DNA of 64,000 bases from Ascidiimonas meishanensis (GCF_037782385.1 NZ_JBBEXD010000003.1:230520-294519), one strand, 5' to 3'. Counted from the stretch's first letter, positions 1-11,023 are shown. Notes: generated by a model not told the origin, from the sequence alone. Numbers and translations: made by a program.

Positions 1-2
1 CC

Positions 3-158
3 AAACCAGGAATATTTATTCATAAAAAAGAGGAAAGGTTAACGGAATGGCCTGTGGAATTTTTAAAACGTCCAAGACGGACTAAAACCACAATTCCAGA
101 TTTCTTGGCTCCAGATGCCCCAAAAAACAGATTAGATATTATTAGGGGGATACAATAG
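3..158 (+). CDS. 3' end of an unidentified ORF entering from upstream of the window (...RPRRTKTTIPDFLAPDAPKNRLDIIRGIQ*)
   Basis: Reading frame 3 is open from the window edge to a TAG at 156-158. No recognisable family. Confidence 0.25.
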   Translation, partial: KPGIFIHKKEERLTEWPVEFLKRPRRTKTTIPDFLAPDAPKNRLDIIRGIQ

Positions 159-547
159 TTCAGTCCTCTTTAAAGGAAAACATATTTTTAATTGATAATC
201 AATCAGTTCTAAATTCTTGCTATTTAAATTTCTTATTGATATTCTATTTGAAAGTAGGATACCGAATTTTATCTCTTTTTTGTTTTTAATTTCCTTTTCA
301 ACTGTACTTATTTTACAGCTCTAATTAATTATAGGAAGTAAATAGTAAAAATCATTAATTCCCACAGACAAATTTGCTGCTATAATTGTATTTGAAGAAT
401 ATAGATTATAGTATTATCCTAAATTACTTTTTTATTTATAGGTTTTTTCTTATTATTTTTTCTTAATTTTATTAGATTATCAATAATGAATCCTTACTTG
501 CCTTCATTTATTATTGAGAAATATTTTGTATTCATATTACTACAAAC

Positions 548-1684
548 TTGTTAGATTCCGCCAAAATGAAACCATTCAGTTTAATTGCTTACGTTCTTAT
601 TAGTATTACTTTATTAGTAAGTTCGTGTGCTAATGATGACAGTTCACCTCCTATAGATAATTTTGATCGTGCCAAAATGGATCTTTTATTTTCCACTCTG
701 GAAGAAAGAGATTTAACCATGGGAGCTGCATCCATTTTTAAAAATGGCAAAGAAATCTATCAAAAATCTTTTGGTATGGCAGACCTTGCTAATACTATTG
801 CCATAAATTCGCAAACCAAGTTTAAAATTGGATCCATCACAAAAACCTTTACAGCTGCAATGATTATGCAGTTGGTGGAGGAAGGCAAATTAACCTTAAA
901 CACCCTTCTTAGTGATTACTATCCAGAGATGCCCAATTCATCAGTTATAACTACTGAAAATCTATTGAGGCATAGAAGCGGTCTTTTCAATTATACAGAT
1001 GATCCAGATTTATTAAACTGGGGAACACAACCAATTACAGAAACAGAATTTATAGAGCGCTTTACACAATATGGAACTATACATGAGCCAAATGTTTTTT
1101 CTACCTATTCCAATACTAATTATGTGATTTTAGGATTTCTTATAGAAAAAATTGATGGAAAAACTTATTCAGAAGCTTTGAAGGATCGAATTACAGATCC
1201 TATTAACCTTACTAATACTTATTACTTCGGAGAAACTATCAATACTTCTAACAACGAGTGTTTATCTTATGGTTATTGGAATGACACTTGGAATCTTGCA
1301 CCTCAGATTCATGCAAGTGTTTCAGCGGGATCTGGTTCTATTATGAGTACTCCTACAGATTTAAATATCTTTTATAATGCCCTTTTTCATGGTGGTATTG
1401 TATCTCTGTCTTCTCTTGATGAGATGACTAAATCAATTAGTAATATAGTGTGCATTGGTTTATTTCCAAACGTTATACGTATTGTAAAACCTGATTTTGG
1501 TCATTATGGAGCTATTGATGGTTTCAATTCCGTAACTGCCTATTTTCCTGAAGAAGATCTCTGTATGTCTTATATATCTAGTGGAATAAATTTTCAAAAC
1601 TCTACTGATCTTGAGAAATTTAACTTACCGTATGCCCCATTTGATATCTATTTTGGCTATAACTATACTATTCCATTAGAATGA
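548..1684 (+). CDS. Lipoprotein serine hydrolase of the beta-lactamase/transpeptidase-like family, with intact S-x-x-K
   Basis: Lipobox LVSSC. Motifs GSITKTF (S-x-x-K), YSNTNY (Y-x-N) and GHYGAIDGF (H-x-G). Confidence 0.8.
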   Translation: MLDSAKMKPFSLIAYVLISITLLVSSCANDDSSPPIDNFDRAKMDLLFSTLEERDLTMGAASIFKNGKEIYQKSFGMADLANTIAINSQTKFKIGSITKTFTAAMIMQLVEEGKLTLNTLLSDYYPEMPNSSVITTENLLRHRSGLFNYTDDPDLLNWGTQPITETEFIERFTQYGTIHEPNVFSTYSNTNYVILGFLIEKIDGKTYSEALKDRITDPINLTNTYYFGETINTSNNECLSYGYWNDTWNLAPQIHASVSAGSGSIMSTPTDLNIFYNALFHGGIVSLSSLDEMTKSISNIVCIGLFPNVIRIVKPDFGHYGAIDGFNSVTAYFPEEDLCMSYISSGINFQNSTDLEKFNLPYAPFDIYFGYNYTIPLE

Positions 1685-1767
1685 TCTTAAACCAAGACTA
1701 ATTATTAGTTGCCATTTGTAAACTTCCCTCCCTCATTTAAACATTAATTACTAAAAACTCTAACAAA

Positions 1768-2892
1768 ATGAAACAATTCAATTTAATTACTTCCTTCCTT
1801 ATTAGTATTACTTTATTACTAAGTTCATGCGCTAATGATGACAACTCAACCCCTAAAGATGATTTTGACCGTGCAAAAATGGATCTTTTATTCTCAACTC
1901 TTGAGGATAAAGGTTTTTTGATGGGAGCTAGTATATCTATTTCTAAAAATAACAGAGAGGTATATCAAAGATCTATTGGTCTGGCAGAATTTGATAATAC
2001 GATTCCCATAAGTTCACAAACCAAGTTTAAAATTGGATCTATGACAGAAACCTTTACAGCTTGCATGATCTTGCAGTTGGTGGAGGAAGGTAAATTAGCC
2101 CTAAATACACCACTTAGCAATTACTACCCAGAAATGCCTAATTCATCAACCATAACTATTGAATACCTCCTGAGACATAGGAGTGGTCTCGTTAATTATG
2201 TCTATGATCCTGATTTTTCAAACTGGGGAACACAAGCAATCACTGAAGCTGAATTTATAGAGCGTTTTATAGAATATGGAACTAGTACTGAGCCATATAC
2301 CGTATTTGAGTATTCCAATACTAACTATGTGCTTTTAGGGTTTATAATAGAAAAAATTGATGGAAAATCGTATGCAGACGCTTTAGAAGATAGAATAACC
2401 AATCGTATTAACCTGTCTAATACCTATTATTATGGAGAGACCATTAATACTACTAACAATGAGGCTTTATCTTATGATTATTGGAATGACACTTGGAATC
2501 CATCACCTCAATTTCATGCCAGTGTTTGGGGTGGAGCCGGAGCTATTATGAGCACTCCAACAGATTTAAATACTTTTTATGAGGCGCTGTTTGAAGATAA
2601 GATTATAACGGAAGCTTCCCTAAGTGAAATGACTAAAAATATTGATTGGAGCGCTGGTATGGGAATATTTTCGGGAATGACGATATCAGGAAAGCCCTTT
2701 ATTGTGAATTTTGGGGACATAGACAATTTTTCATCTATAACATTCTATTTTCCGGAAGAAGATGTATGTATGTCTTATATAACCAACGGGTTAAATTTTC
2801 AGAGGTTTGATGAATTTTTAGAATTTAATATACCAATTGCTTTTATAGATATTTATTTTGGAGAAGATTATACGATTCCAATTGGGGAATAG
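1768..2892 (+). CDS. Tandem paralog of the serine hydrolase lipoprotein; catalytic Lys replaced (S-M-T-E) and H-x-G motif lost, so likely a pseudo-enzyme
   Basis: About 60% identity to the upstream gene. Lipobox LLSSC. The DNA reads att gga tct atg aca gaa, giving GSMTE, where the paralog has GSITK. Confidence 0.75.
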   Translation: MKQFNLITSFLISITLLLSSCANDDNSTPKDDFDRAKMDLLFSTLEDKGFLMGASISISKNNREVYQRSIGLAEFDNTIPISSQTKFKIGSMTETFTACMILQLVEEGKLALNTPLSNYYPEMPNSSTITIEYLLRHRSGLVNYVYDPDFSNWGTQAITEAEFIERFIEYGTSTEPYTVFEYSNTNYVLLGFIIEKIDGKSYADALEDRITNRINLSNTYYYGETINTTNNEALSYDYWNDTWNPSPQFHASVWGGAGAIMSTPTDLNTFYEALFEDKIITEASLSEMTKNIDWSAGMGIFSGMTISGKPFIVNFGDIDNFSSITFYFPEEDVCMSYITNGLNFQRFDEFLEFNIPIAFIDIYFGEDYTIPIGE

Positions 2893-3072
2893 ATAATGAT
2901 ACCTTATTGATCTTTTTAGAAATCCTCATCTTATTATTCATTTTTATTCTTCTTACTGGGAGATGTATTTAAATGATAGGACGCGGATTTTTAAATTATA
3001 AAGAAACTGTATAAAGTTCAAAAACAAACCAAAAGGAATCTTTTAAAAAATCTATAAATTTGATTTTAAAGT

Positions 3073-3462
3073 ATGTGGATAACAATAGCAAAATACAGTA
3101 TTATCTTATTTGGAATGTTCTTAATTTATGCAGGTTTACTAATGCTTTTTGCTCCTAAAAAGGCAAGGCAAGTTCTTAGAAAAGCTGGGAGTACCAACTT
3201 GATTAATTATGCTGAAATAACCATTAGAATGCTTCCGGCAATAGGTCTTATTTTATACGCTTCCCTTTCTAAATTTCCAGAGGTGTTTAAAATAGTGGGA
3301 TGGTTTATGTTAGGAACTTCTTTGGTATTGTATTTTGTTCCCAGAAAGCTTCATCATGGGTACGCATTAAAATGCGCCGAAATACTTAAACCGAAATACT
3401 TTCAATATATTTCACCCTTATCATTTCTGTTTGGGAGCTTTTTCATTTACAGTGTCCTTTAG
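3073..3462 (+). CDS. Hypothetical small integral membrane protein
   Basis: 129 aa with three or four hydrophobic helices. No known motif. Confidence 0.45.
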   Translation: MWITIAKYSIILFGMFLIYAGLLMLFAPKKARQVLRKAGSTNLINYAEITIRMLPAIGLILYASLSKFPEVFKIVGWFMLGTSLVLYFVPRKLHHGYALKCAEILKPKYFQYISPLSFLFGSFFIYSVL

Positions 3463-3616
3463 TCAATAAAAAGATCCTTTTCCATGTTTTATAACATATG
3501 TACTAATTGATGAGTAAAAAATAATCCGATGATTTACAGAGAAAGATCATAGGGTTAGCGCATAGTTGTTTGGGTTTAATTATATTAGAAAATCACTGTT
3601 TTAAGGTTTATAGTTT

Positions 3617-5284
3617 CTACTTTGACCTATCAGAAGACTTCAGCTTTTCTCGCATATAATTAAAACTGTCTTCTACATTATTAAATAAATCTGCTTCTGG
3701 CACAAGATCTGGTATAATATCAACCGCTTTTAACATATCGCAGGGTTGTTCTTGTAAACCAACAAGAATCACCTCTATATTTTGCTGCTTAAGATCCAGA
3801 ATAATATCTTCAAGGGCATACAATCCAGATTGGTCTATATAGGGAACCCTATCCATTCTAAAGATAATAGCTTTTACGTCTTCTGAATGAGATTTCACTT
3901 TATCTTTAAAATAGGATGTAAAACCAAAAAATAAAGAACCATATAAATGTTTAATAATTACTTTATCCTTGTATTTTTCATAGAATTCCAGTTCATCCTG
4001 CCAAGGTTTAGAGCCATCTATATCAGATATAGCACCTACTTCCAATCCTTTTTCACTCAAATCACCAGATTTTTTCATGAATAATAAGCAGGCAAGCGCT
4101 ACACCAATGCCTACCGCCATTATAAGACTTCCAAAGGTGGTTATTAACAATACAATTATAAGGACAACAGCATCTGCTCTTGGTACTTTTATTAAGTGTT
4201 TTAATCCTTTAAAATCCACAATTTTAAAACCAATGGGGATTAACAAACCTGCGAGCACACAAAGAGGTATATGCGCCGCCAATTGCCCCAATCCTAATAA
4301 CACACCCAATAAGAACAGTCCATGTAAAGCTCCTGAAAGACGCGTTCTCCCTCCTGCATTAATGTTTACTACGGTTCCCTTGGTAGCACCTGCGCCTGGA
4401 ATTCCTCCAATAACTGCCGCTATCATATTTCCAATACCTTGACCTATAAGTTCTCTATTACTATTGTGTTTGGTTTTAGTCATATTATCTGCTATAACAG
4501 AAGTCAATAAAGAATCTATACTTCCTAATACTGCTAGTACTAATCCATACTCCAGAACAAGTCTGTAGGCACTCGCATCAACAGTCATAATATTAGAAAT
4601 TTTAATGCTGGGCAGGCCAGAAGGAATCTCTCCAATAACCGGAACATTCATTTTTGCAAAAAAAGCAATTAGAGAAGCAATAATAAGTGCCATTAATGCA
4701 CTGGGAATTACTTTGGTAATTTTAGGGAATAGATAATACACTATTACGGTTATTCCGCCAAGTATTAAGGCTTCTGTGTTAAAATCACTAAAAAGGCGTA
4801 GAATATCTTGTAAAACGGCTACGGTAGATTTAGGAGCACTAAGTCCAGCAAAAGGAAACAATTGCAAAATAACAATAATCAATCCCACACCACTCATAAA
4901 ACCTGATACTACAGGATAGGGAAAGTACTTTACATAGCTTGCGATATTTAAGAAACCAAAAACAACCTGAAACAGACCTCCAGCAAGAAAAGTAAGTAAA
5001 ATAATTCCCATGGCATTCTCTAGGCTTCCTGAAATTTCTATTGCAGCTGCAATTAAAGCCGCTGAAACAACAGTCATAGGCCCTGTAGGACCACTAGCCT
5101 GTGTGGCTGTACCACCAAATAAAGCAGCAAAAATACCAATGGCAATAGCACCATATAAACCAGCGGTAGCTCCCATACCAGATTGTACACCAAATGCTAG
5201 TGCCAAGGGTAAAGCAACTACACCAGCCACCAACCCTCCCATGATATCACCTTTCAGGTATTTAAAATTGTAAATATTTGTCAT
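3617..5284 (-). CDS. SulP family inorganic anion (sulfate) permease with C-terminal STAS domain
   Basis: N-terminus YLKGDIMGGLVAGVVALPLALAFG is typical of SulP. Multiple TM helices and a STAS-like C-terminus. Confidence 0.9.
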   Translation of the reverse strand: MTNIYNFKYLKGDIMGGLVAGVVALPLALAFGVQSGMGATAGLYGAIAIGIFAALFGGTATQASGPTGPMTVVSAALIAAAIEISGSLENAMGIILLTFLAGGLFQVVFGFLNIASYVKYFPYPVVSGFMSGVGLIIVILQLFPFAGLSAPKSTVAVLQDILRLFSDFNTEALILGGITVIVYYLFPKITKVIPSALMALIIASLIAFFAKMNVPVIGEIPSGLPSIKISNIMTVDASAYRLVLEYGLVLAVLGSIDSLLTSVIADNMTKTKHNSNRELIGQGIGNMIAAVIGGIPGAGATKGTVVNINAGGRTRLSGALHGLFLLGVLLGLGQLAAHIPLCVLAGLLIPIGFKIVDFKGLKHLIKVPRADAVVLIIVLLITTFGSLIMAVGIGVALACLLFMKKSGDLSEKGLEVGAISDIDGSKPWQDELEFYEKYKDKVIIKHLYGSLFFGFTSYFKDKVKSHSEDVKAIIFRMDRVPYIDQSGLYALEDIILDLKQQNIEVILVGLQEQPCDMLKAVDIIPDLVPEADLFNNVEDSFNYMREKLKSSDRSK

Positions 5285-5353
5285 ACTTTTTATTTAGCAA
5301 TAATTAAAACACTTTAAAAATATTACTTTTTTAGACTTGTTTGGGTTTTTTGT

Positions 5354-6898
5354 TTATTGGATTTTCTTAAGCCAGTATCGCATATCTGTTTCCTTGTGAA
5401 TCAAATCACGCAGGTCTGAAATAGCCACTCGTTGCTGTTCCATAGTATCACGATGTCTTATAGTAACCGTTTGGTCTTCTAAAGTCTGATGGTCTACTGT
5501 AATACAAAAAGGTGTGCCTGCAGCATCTTGTCTTCTATATCTTCTACCCACTGCATCTTTTTCATCGTATTGTACTTTGAAATCCCACTTTAGGTCTTCA
5601 ATAATTTCTTTGGCTACCTCAGGTAACCCATCTCTTTTGATTAATGGTAACACCGCAGCTTTAGTAGGAGCTAATACTGCGGGAATTTTTAATACCGTGC
5701 GTTGTGAGCCATCTTTTAAAGTTTCATCGGTCAAGGAGTTTGAAAAGATTGCTAAAAACATTCTATCCAGTCCTATAGAAGTTTCTAAAACATAAGGTGT
5801 GTAACTTTCATTAATTTCATGGTCAAAGTATTGTAATTTTTTACCAGAGAATTCTTCGTGACGTTTCAAATCAAAGTCTGTTCTAGAGTGAATTCCTTCA
5901 AGTTCTTTAAAGCCAAATGGAAAACGAAATTCAATATCTGTTGCTGCATCTGCATAATGAGCGAGTTTTTCATGATCGTGAAAGCGGTAATTTTCTGTAC
6001 CCATTCCCAATGATAAATGCCATTTCAAACGATTCTCTTTCCAGTAGTCAAACCATTCCATTTGGGTGCCTGGTTTGATGAAGAATTGCATTTCCATCTG
6101 CTCAAATTCGCGCATTCTAAAAATGAATTGTCTTGCGACAATTTCATTTCTAAAGGCTTTCCCAGTTTGTGCAATTCCAAATGGGATTTTCATACGTCCG
6201 GTTTTTTGGACATTCAGAAAGTTTACAAAGATTCCTTGTGCCGTTTCAGGTCTTAAATACAAATCCATTGCACTATCTGCGGAGGCTCCCAGCTTAGTTC
6301 CAAACATCAAGTTAAACTGCTTCACATCTGTCCAGTTACGACTTCCTGTTTCGGGATCTGCTATTTCTAGTTCTTCTATAAGTGCTTTAACGTCGGCCAG
6401 ATTTTCTTTCTCAAGAGATTGTCCTAGCCTTTTCAAAATGGAATCTATTTTTTCAGTATAACCCACAACTCTAGGGTTGGTAGTAATGAATTGCTCTTTG
6501 TCAAAACTATCTCCAAATCGCTTTGCTGCTTTCGCTACTTCTTTTTCAATTTTAGTTTCAATTTTGGCGGTATAATCTTCTACCAAAACGTCTGCTCTAT
6601 ATCTTTTTTTAGAATCTTTATTATCTATTAATGGATCATTAAAAGCATCTACATGTCCAGAAGCTTTCCAAGTAGTTGGATGCATAAAAATAGCAGCGTC
6701 AATGCCTACAATATTATCATGCATCTGCACCATTGCTTTCCACCAATACTCTCGGATATTTTTTTTTAATTCTGCTCCGTTCTGTGCATAGTCATATACA
6801 GCACTAAGTCCATCATAAATTTCACTGGAAGGAAAAATATAGCCATACTCTTTTGCGTGTGATATAACTTTCTTGAAGTGTTCGTCTTGCTTTGCCAT
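5354..6898 (-). CDS. glyQS: Glycine--tRNA ligase (dimeric class II GlyRS)
   Basis: 514 aa. The N-terminus MAKQDEHFKKVISHAKEYGYIFPSSEIYDGL and overall length match alpha2-type GlyRS. Confidence 0.93.
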   Translation of the reverse strand: MAKQDEHFKKVISHAKEYGYIFPSSEIYDGLSAVYDYAQNGAELKKNIREYWWKAMVQMHDNIVGIDAAIFMHPTTWKASGHVDAFNDPLIDNKDSKKRYRADVLVEDYTAKIETKIEKEVAKAAKRFGDSFDKEQFITTNPRVVGYTEKIDSILKRLGQSLEKENLADVKALIEELEIADPETGSRNWTDVKQFNLMFGTKLGASADSAMDLYLRPETAQGIFVNFLNVQKTGRMKIPFGIAQTGKAFRNEIVARQFIFRMREFEQMEMQFFIKPGTQMEWFDYWKENRLKWHLSLGMGTENYRFHDHEKLAHYADAATDIEFRFPFGFKELEGIHSRTDFDLKRHEEFSGKKLQYFDHEINESYTPYVLETSIGLDRMFLAIFSNSLTDETLKDGSQRTVLKIPAVLAPTKAAVLPLIKRDGLPEVAKEIIEDLKWDFKVQYDEKDAVGRRYRRQDAAGTPFCITVDHQTLEDQTVTIRHRDTMEQQRVAISDLRDLIHKETDMRYWLKKIQ

Positions 6899-6933
6899 GG
6901 CGCAAAAATATACTTTTTGCCTGAACTGTTTAA

Positions 6934-7854
6934 CTATTTTAATTCAAAAGTAGAATTCGCTAGCAATTTTTCTTCGAAGAAGAGATTTACATTATATAAG
7001 CCTGGAACTGTTTTTTCTTTTGGAGCAATAATAAAATCACAAAAATCAATTGGTTTATCTGCTACATCCAAGGTTAATATTTTACTATAGCTCAGCACTT
7101 CATCATTAAAACGCACCATCTTTCTTTCTCCAAGAACATTATTTTTAGGGTCAATTATCTGTAAGTAAATTTCTTGCTTTATATCTTTTAATAATTTATT
7201 GGGAAGCACTGTAAAGCAAACTCTTAATCTATCTGCTTTAGAGGCTCTGCTAGTTTCTAGCATCCTATCTTTAGACCTAAACTTGAAGGCTTTTCCTGTG
7301 AGCTTATATATGGTAACAATAGATCCAGATGAGATTTTATTTGCGAGCTTCGTGCTAATCGTTAATAACGAATCCCGGTCACTGCTCAATATGGAGTTTG
7401 TATCTTTTAAAGACTCTGAATAGTTACTAAGTTCCCTTATTTTCAGTCTAGTGCTATCTATTTCCAATTCTAAAAGTCTATTTTGATAAGATATGGAATC
7501 TATCATTTCACGATAGCGTTTATTTTCTTTTCTGAGGATAGCCAATTGTCTGTGATAGTGCTGTAATAATTTATAATCTACTTCCATCAAATTAATGGAA
7601 TCTAACAATCCAGCTATTCTTCTCCTATTGGTTTTAATTTCATCTAAAACAACTCCTTTAGTTTCATACATCTCATCAAAGCTTTCCTGCATCTGACGAA
7701 GATCCTGAATAATCATATCCTTTTCGTTGGAGAGGAAAGAGGCCTTTTTTCCGCTTTCTTGATAATTTAAGTAAGTCACGAAGACTAGCGTACCAATCGC
7801 AACAAATAATACTATAAGAATTATTTTTTGAGCCTGCTCTTTGCTGTTACGCAT
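6934..7854 (-). CDS. Hypothetical membrane-anchored coiled-coil protein
   Basis: N-terminal TM helix (IILIVLFVAIGTLVFVTYL), then long heptad-like coiled-coil stretches and a C-terminal globular part. Confidence 0.55.
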   Translation of the reverse strand: MRNSKEQAQKIILIVLFVAIGTLVFVTYLNYQESGKKASFLSNEKDMIIQDLRQMQESFDEMYETKGVVLDEIKTNRRRIAGLLDSINLMEVDYKLLQHYHRQLAILRKENKRYREMIDSISYQNRLLELEIDSTRLKIRELSNYSESLKDTNSILSSDRDSLLTISTKLANKISSGSIVTIYKLTGKAFKFRSKDRMLETSRASKADRLRVCFTVLPNKLLKDIKQEIYLQIIDPKNNVLGERKMVRFNDEVLSYSKILTLDVADKPIDFCDFIIAPKEKTVPGLYNVNLFFEEKLLANSTFELK

Positions 7855-7886
7855 TTTTTTTTAATTAGATTTGAGAAACACTTATA

Positions 7887-8594
7887 TTGAATATGTCATT
7901 CAACGCTGTAAATATACTAAATGATATTGAAAATCTATTTTTTCCAGAGGTGTGTTTAGCATGCATGGAAAAGCTGGTAGCGAATGAAAAAACAATATGT
8001 ATAGCTTGTAGGCACAATTTGCCGCTAACTCATTTTCATAATTACAAAGGGAATCCTGTAGAACAAATACTTTATGGACGATTTAAACTAGAAAATGCCA
8101 CAGCATTTTTATATTATAGAGAAGCAGGTTCTGTTAGGAATCTTATACATAATCTTAAATATAAACATCAGGAACAAATAGGTGATATGTTAGGAGTTTG
8201 GATGGGATATGAGCTTTCAAAAATAGAAAATTATAAAAAAATTGACGCTGTAATACCGGTCCCTTTACATCATAAACGTTTAAAGAAACGAGGGTATAAT
8301 CAGGTAGCGCAATTTGGTAAACAATTAGCAGTAGCATTAGATGCCAATTACATAGATAATGTACTTTATAGAACCGTAAATTCACGAACTCAAACTTTAA
8401 AAAACCGATTAAAGCGATGGGAGCATATAGAGACTATTTTTGCCATTAAAAATCAGCATATTCTCAAAAATAAACATTTGCTAATTGTAGATGATATAAT
8501 TACTACTGGGGCCACTATAGAAGCTTGTGCTAATTCTCTTAAAGTGATACAAGGCATAAAGCTTAGCATTGCTACGATGGCAATTACGGAGTAA
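7887..8594 (+). CDS. comF: ComF family protein (phosphoribosyltransferase domain)
   Basis: N-terminal Cys pairs (CLAC...CIAC) and the C-terminal PRTase motif LLIVDDIITTGATIEA. Confidence 0.85.
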   Translation: MNMSFNAVNILNDIENLFFPEVCLACMEKLVANEKTICIACRHNLPLTHFHNYKGNPVEQILYGRFKLENATAFLYYREAGSVRNLIHNLKYKHQEQIGDMLGVWMGYELSKIENYKKIDAVIPVPLHHKRLKKRGYNQVAQFGKQLAVALDANYIDNVLYRTVNSRTQTLKNRLKRWEHIETIFAIKNQHILKNKHLLIVDDIITTGATIEACANSLKVIQGIKLSIATMAITE

Positions 8595-8647
8595 TTTTCC
8601 AGTTCGCCAAAATAGTCGTTATTTTGTTTTATAATTGATACTAGTAA

Positions 8648-10249
8648 ATGAAAAGAATAGTAAACGCTGGAATTTGTATCATTCTGATAATTTTACTTAT
8701 GAACTGCGCAAGAAGAGGGAATCCTACAGGTGGACCAAAAGACGAGACGCCCCCTGTTCTTCTTAAAGCATCTCCAGATTTGAATAGTACTAATTTTAAG
8801 AGTAAAAAAATAAGACTTTCTTTTGACGAATATGTAAAATTGAAAGATCTTCAAAAGCAGTTGATAGTTTCTCCTCCTTCTAAACTAATGCCAGAAATTA
8901 GACCACAAGGAAGTGCTTCAAAAAGTATAGATATTATAATTAAAGACACACTCAAAGAAAATACTACGTACGTATTTAATTTCGGACAAAGTATAGTGGA
9001 TAATAATGAGGAGAATTCATATCCATTTTTTAAGTACGTCTTTTCTACCGGAAATGAGATTGATTCACTTTCTATTTCAGGAATTATTACAGATGCAGTT
9101 AAAAAGGATGCTGAAAAATTTGTGTCTGTAATGCTTTATGAAGTAGATTCTACATTTACAGATAGCATTATTTATAAAAATCCTCCAAATTATATCACAA
9201 ACACCTTAGACAGCACAGCCAATTTTGAACTTACCAATTTAAAAGAAGGGTCTTATATGCTAATTGCTATGAAGGATGTTAGTAGCAATAATTTATTTGA
9301 CCAATTTTCAGACAAGATTGCTTTTGTTAAAAATATCGTTACTATACCAAGCGATTCATTCTATACGCTGAATCTTTTTAAAGAAATTCCAAACTTTAGA
9401 GCAACCAAACCCAAATTAGTATCTAAAAACCGAATATTATTTGGTTACAATGGAATTGCAGATTCTATGAAAATTGAAATGCTTTCTGAAGTTCCAGAAG
9501 ATTTTAGGTCTCTTATTCTAAAAGAACCTGAAAAAGATACTTTAAACTTTTGGTTTACTCCTTTTGAAACAGACTCTCTTAATTTTCTGGTAACTAATAA
9601 AAAAGTACTGGACACTTTTACTGTAAAAATTAAAGATCTCTATCGCGATTCTTTAAAAATTAATCCGGTTGAAAGACAATTACAATTTGATAAACCGTTT
9701 GAAATTACCAGTAATATTCCTATTACAAATTCTGATAAACAGAAAATTAAATTAATTGATGGAGATTCTACCGAAATAGCATTTACAACAGAATTAGATA
9801 AGCTCAAAAACAAACTTAAGCTGTTTTGGAATATTGGGCCTGGTAAACGATACTTACTCACCTTATACCCGGAAGCAATTACAGATTTTTATGGAAATAA
9901 AAATGATACGCTGAGCTATGGTTTGTCTTCGAAGAATTATTCGGAATTGGGAAACATAAGCCTTCAATTGAGAAATGTAAAAAGCTATCCTTTAATTATT
10001 CAACTCACCAATGATAAAGGGGTTGTAATCAAAGAGCAATTTACAGAACAACCCAAAGAAAGTTATGATTTTAAAAATCTTAACCCTGGAGAGTACTTCA
10101 TCAGAGTAATTTTTGATGCTAATGGAAATAGAATGTATGATACTGGAAATTATTTACTCAAGATACAACCAGAACGAATTGTTTATTATCCAGAATCAGT
10201 AGAACTCAGGGAAAACTGGGAATTGAAACAAGAATTTATTTTAGAATAA
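8648..10249 (+). CDS. Conserved Bacteroidota lipoprotein, Ig-like domain-containing
   Basis: Signal peptide with lipobox LLMNC. Beta-rich, with no catalytic motifs. Confidence 0.55.
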   Translation: MKRIVNAGICIILIILLMNCARRGNPTGGPKDETPPVLLKASPDLNSTNFKSKKIRLSFDEYVKLKDLQKQLIVSPPSKLMPEIRPQGSASKSIDIIIKDTLKENTTYVFNFGQSIVDNNEENSYPFFKYVFSTGNEIDSLSISGIITDAVKKDAEKFVSVMLYEVDSTFTDSIIYKNPPNYITNTLDSTANFELTNLKEGSYMLIAMKDVSSNNLFDQFSDKIAFVKNIVTIPSDSFYTLNLFKEIPNFRATKPKLVSKNRILFGYNGIADSMKIEMLSEVPEDFRSLILKEPEKDTLNFWFTPFETDSLNFLVTNKKVLDTFTVKIKDLYRDSLKINPVERQLQFDKPFEITSNIPITNSDKQKIKLIDGDSTEIAFTTELDKLKNKLKLFWNIGPGKRYLLTLYPEAITDFYGNKNDTLSYGLSSKNYSELGNISLQLRNVKSYPLIIQLTNDKGVVIKEQFTEQPKESYDFKNLNPGEYFIRVIFDANGNRMYDTGNYLLKIQPERIVYYPESVELRENWELKQEFILE

Positions 10250-11012
10250 ATTCATCACGGTCTTCCAAAAATCTTAGTTTTTGTCTTTTTGAATAGATGT
10301 CTTTTTTAGATAAGGTAATCGTTGCTATTGCATCTGTTTCCATAAAAAGTTTTCTGTCACCTAATACATCATATACAGATGAATGACCCACATAGTTATG
10401 TCCATTTTCATCTTCTCCAATTCTATTAACACCAACACAAACTGCCATGTTTTCAATAGCTCTTGCTTTTAATAAAGCATCCCATGCATTTATGCGAGGT
10501 TCCGGCCAGTTGGCAACATATATTAACAGATCATAATTAGAGGTATTTCTTGACCAAACTGGAAATCTCAAATCATAGCATATGAGAGGGCAAATCTTCC
10601 AATTTTTATACTCAATTATTTCAAGGGTAGTTCCAGCCTCATATATTTTATCTTCACCTGCTAAAGTAAAAGTATGTTTTTTGTCATAATGCAAAATAGT
10701 TCCTTTGGGCGAAACAAAAAGCAACCTATTGTAGAAATTCTTTCCCTCACGAATAACAATACTTCCAATCATGGCCGCATTTTTATGAGAAGCCATTTCC
10801 CGCATCCATTTTATAGTTTCACCATCCATAGAATCAGCCACTTGAGAAGGCTCCATAGTAAAGCCACTTGTGAACATTTCTGGTAGAATAATCAAATCGC
10901 TTTCAACTTCCATCTCATTTATTTTTTTAGAAAGTTGTGCCAAATTAGCCTTCCGGTCATGCCAGAATAGTGAAGTTTGCACGAGAGAAATAGTAAGTTT
11001 TTCAGAATCCAT
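10236..11012 (-). CDS. Carbon-nitrogen hydrolase (nitrilase superfamily) amidohydrolase, omega-amidase/YafV-like
   Basis: Motifs ISLVQ...ILPEMF (catalytic Glu), KKH (Lys) and ICYDLRFP (Cys) match the E-K-C triad of the CN-hydrolase family. Confidence 0.85.
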   Translation of the reverse strand: MDSEKLTISLVQTSLFWHDRKANLAQLSKKINEMEVESDLIILPEMFTSGFTMEPSQVADSMDGETIKWMREMASHKNAAMIGSIVIREGKNFYNRLLFVSPKGTILHYDKKHTFTLAGEDKIYEAGTTLEIIEYKNWKICPLICYDLRFPVWSRNTSNYDLLIYVANWPEPRINAWDALLKARAIENMAVCVGVNRIGEDENGHNYVGHSSVYDVLGDRKLFMETDAIATITLSKKDIYSKRQKLRFLEDRDEFILK

Positions 11013-11023
11013 AAAGAGTTAAT

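Noticed and set aside
4077-5273. Plus-strand ORFs 4077..4442 and 5010..5273 inside the SulP gene
   Set aside because: Antisense shadow ORFs of a long, well-supported permease gene. Pro/Ala/Ile-rich translations are typical of reverse-frame artefacts.
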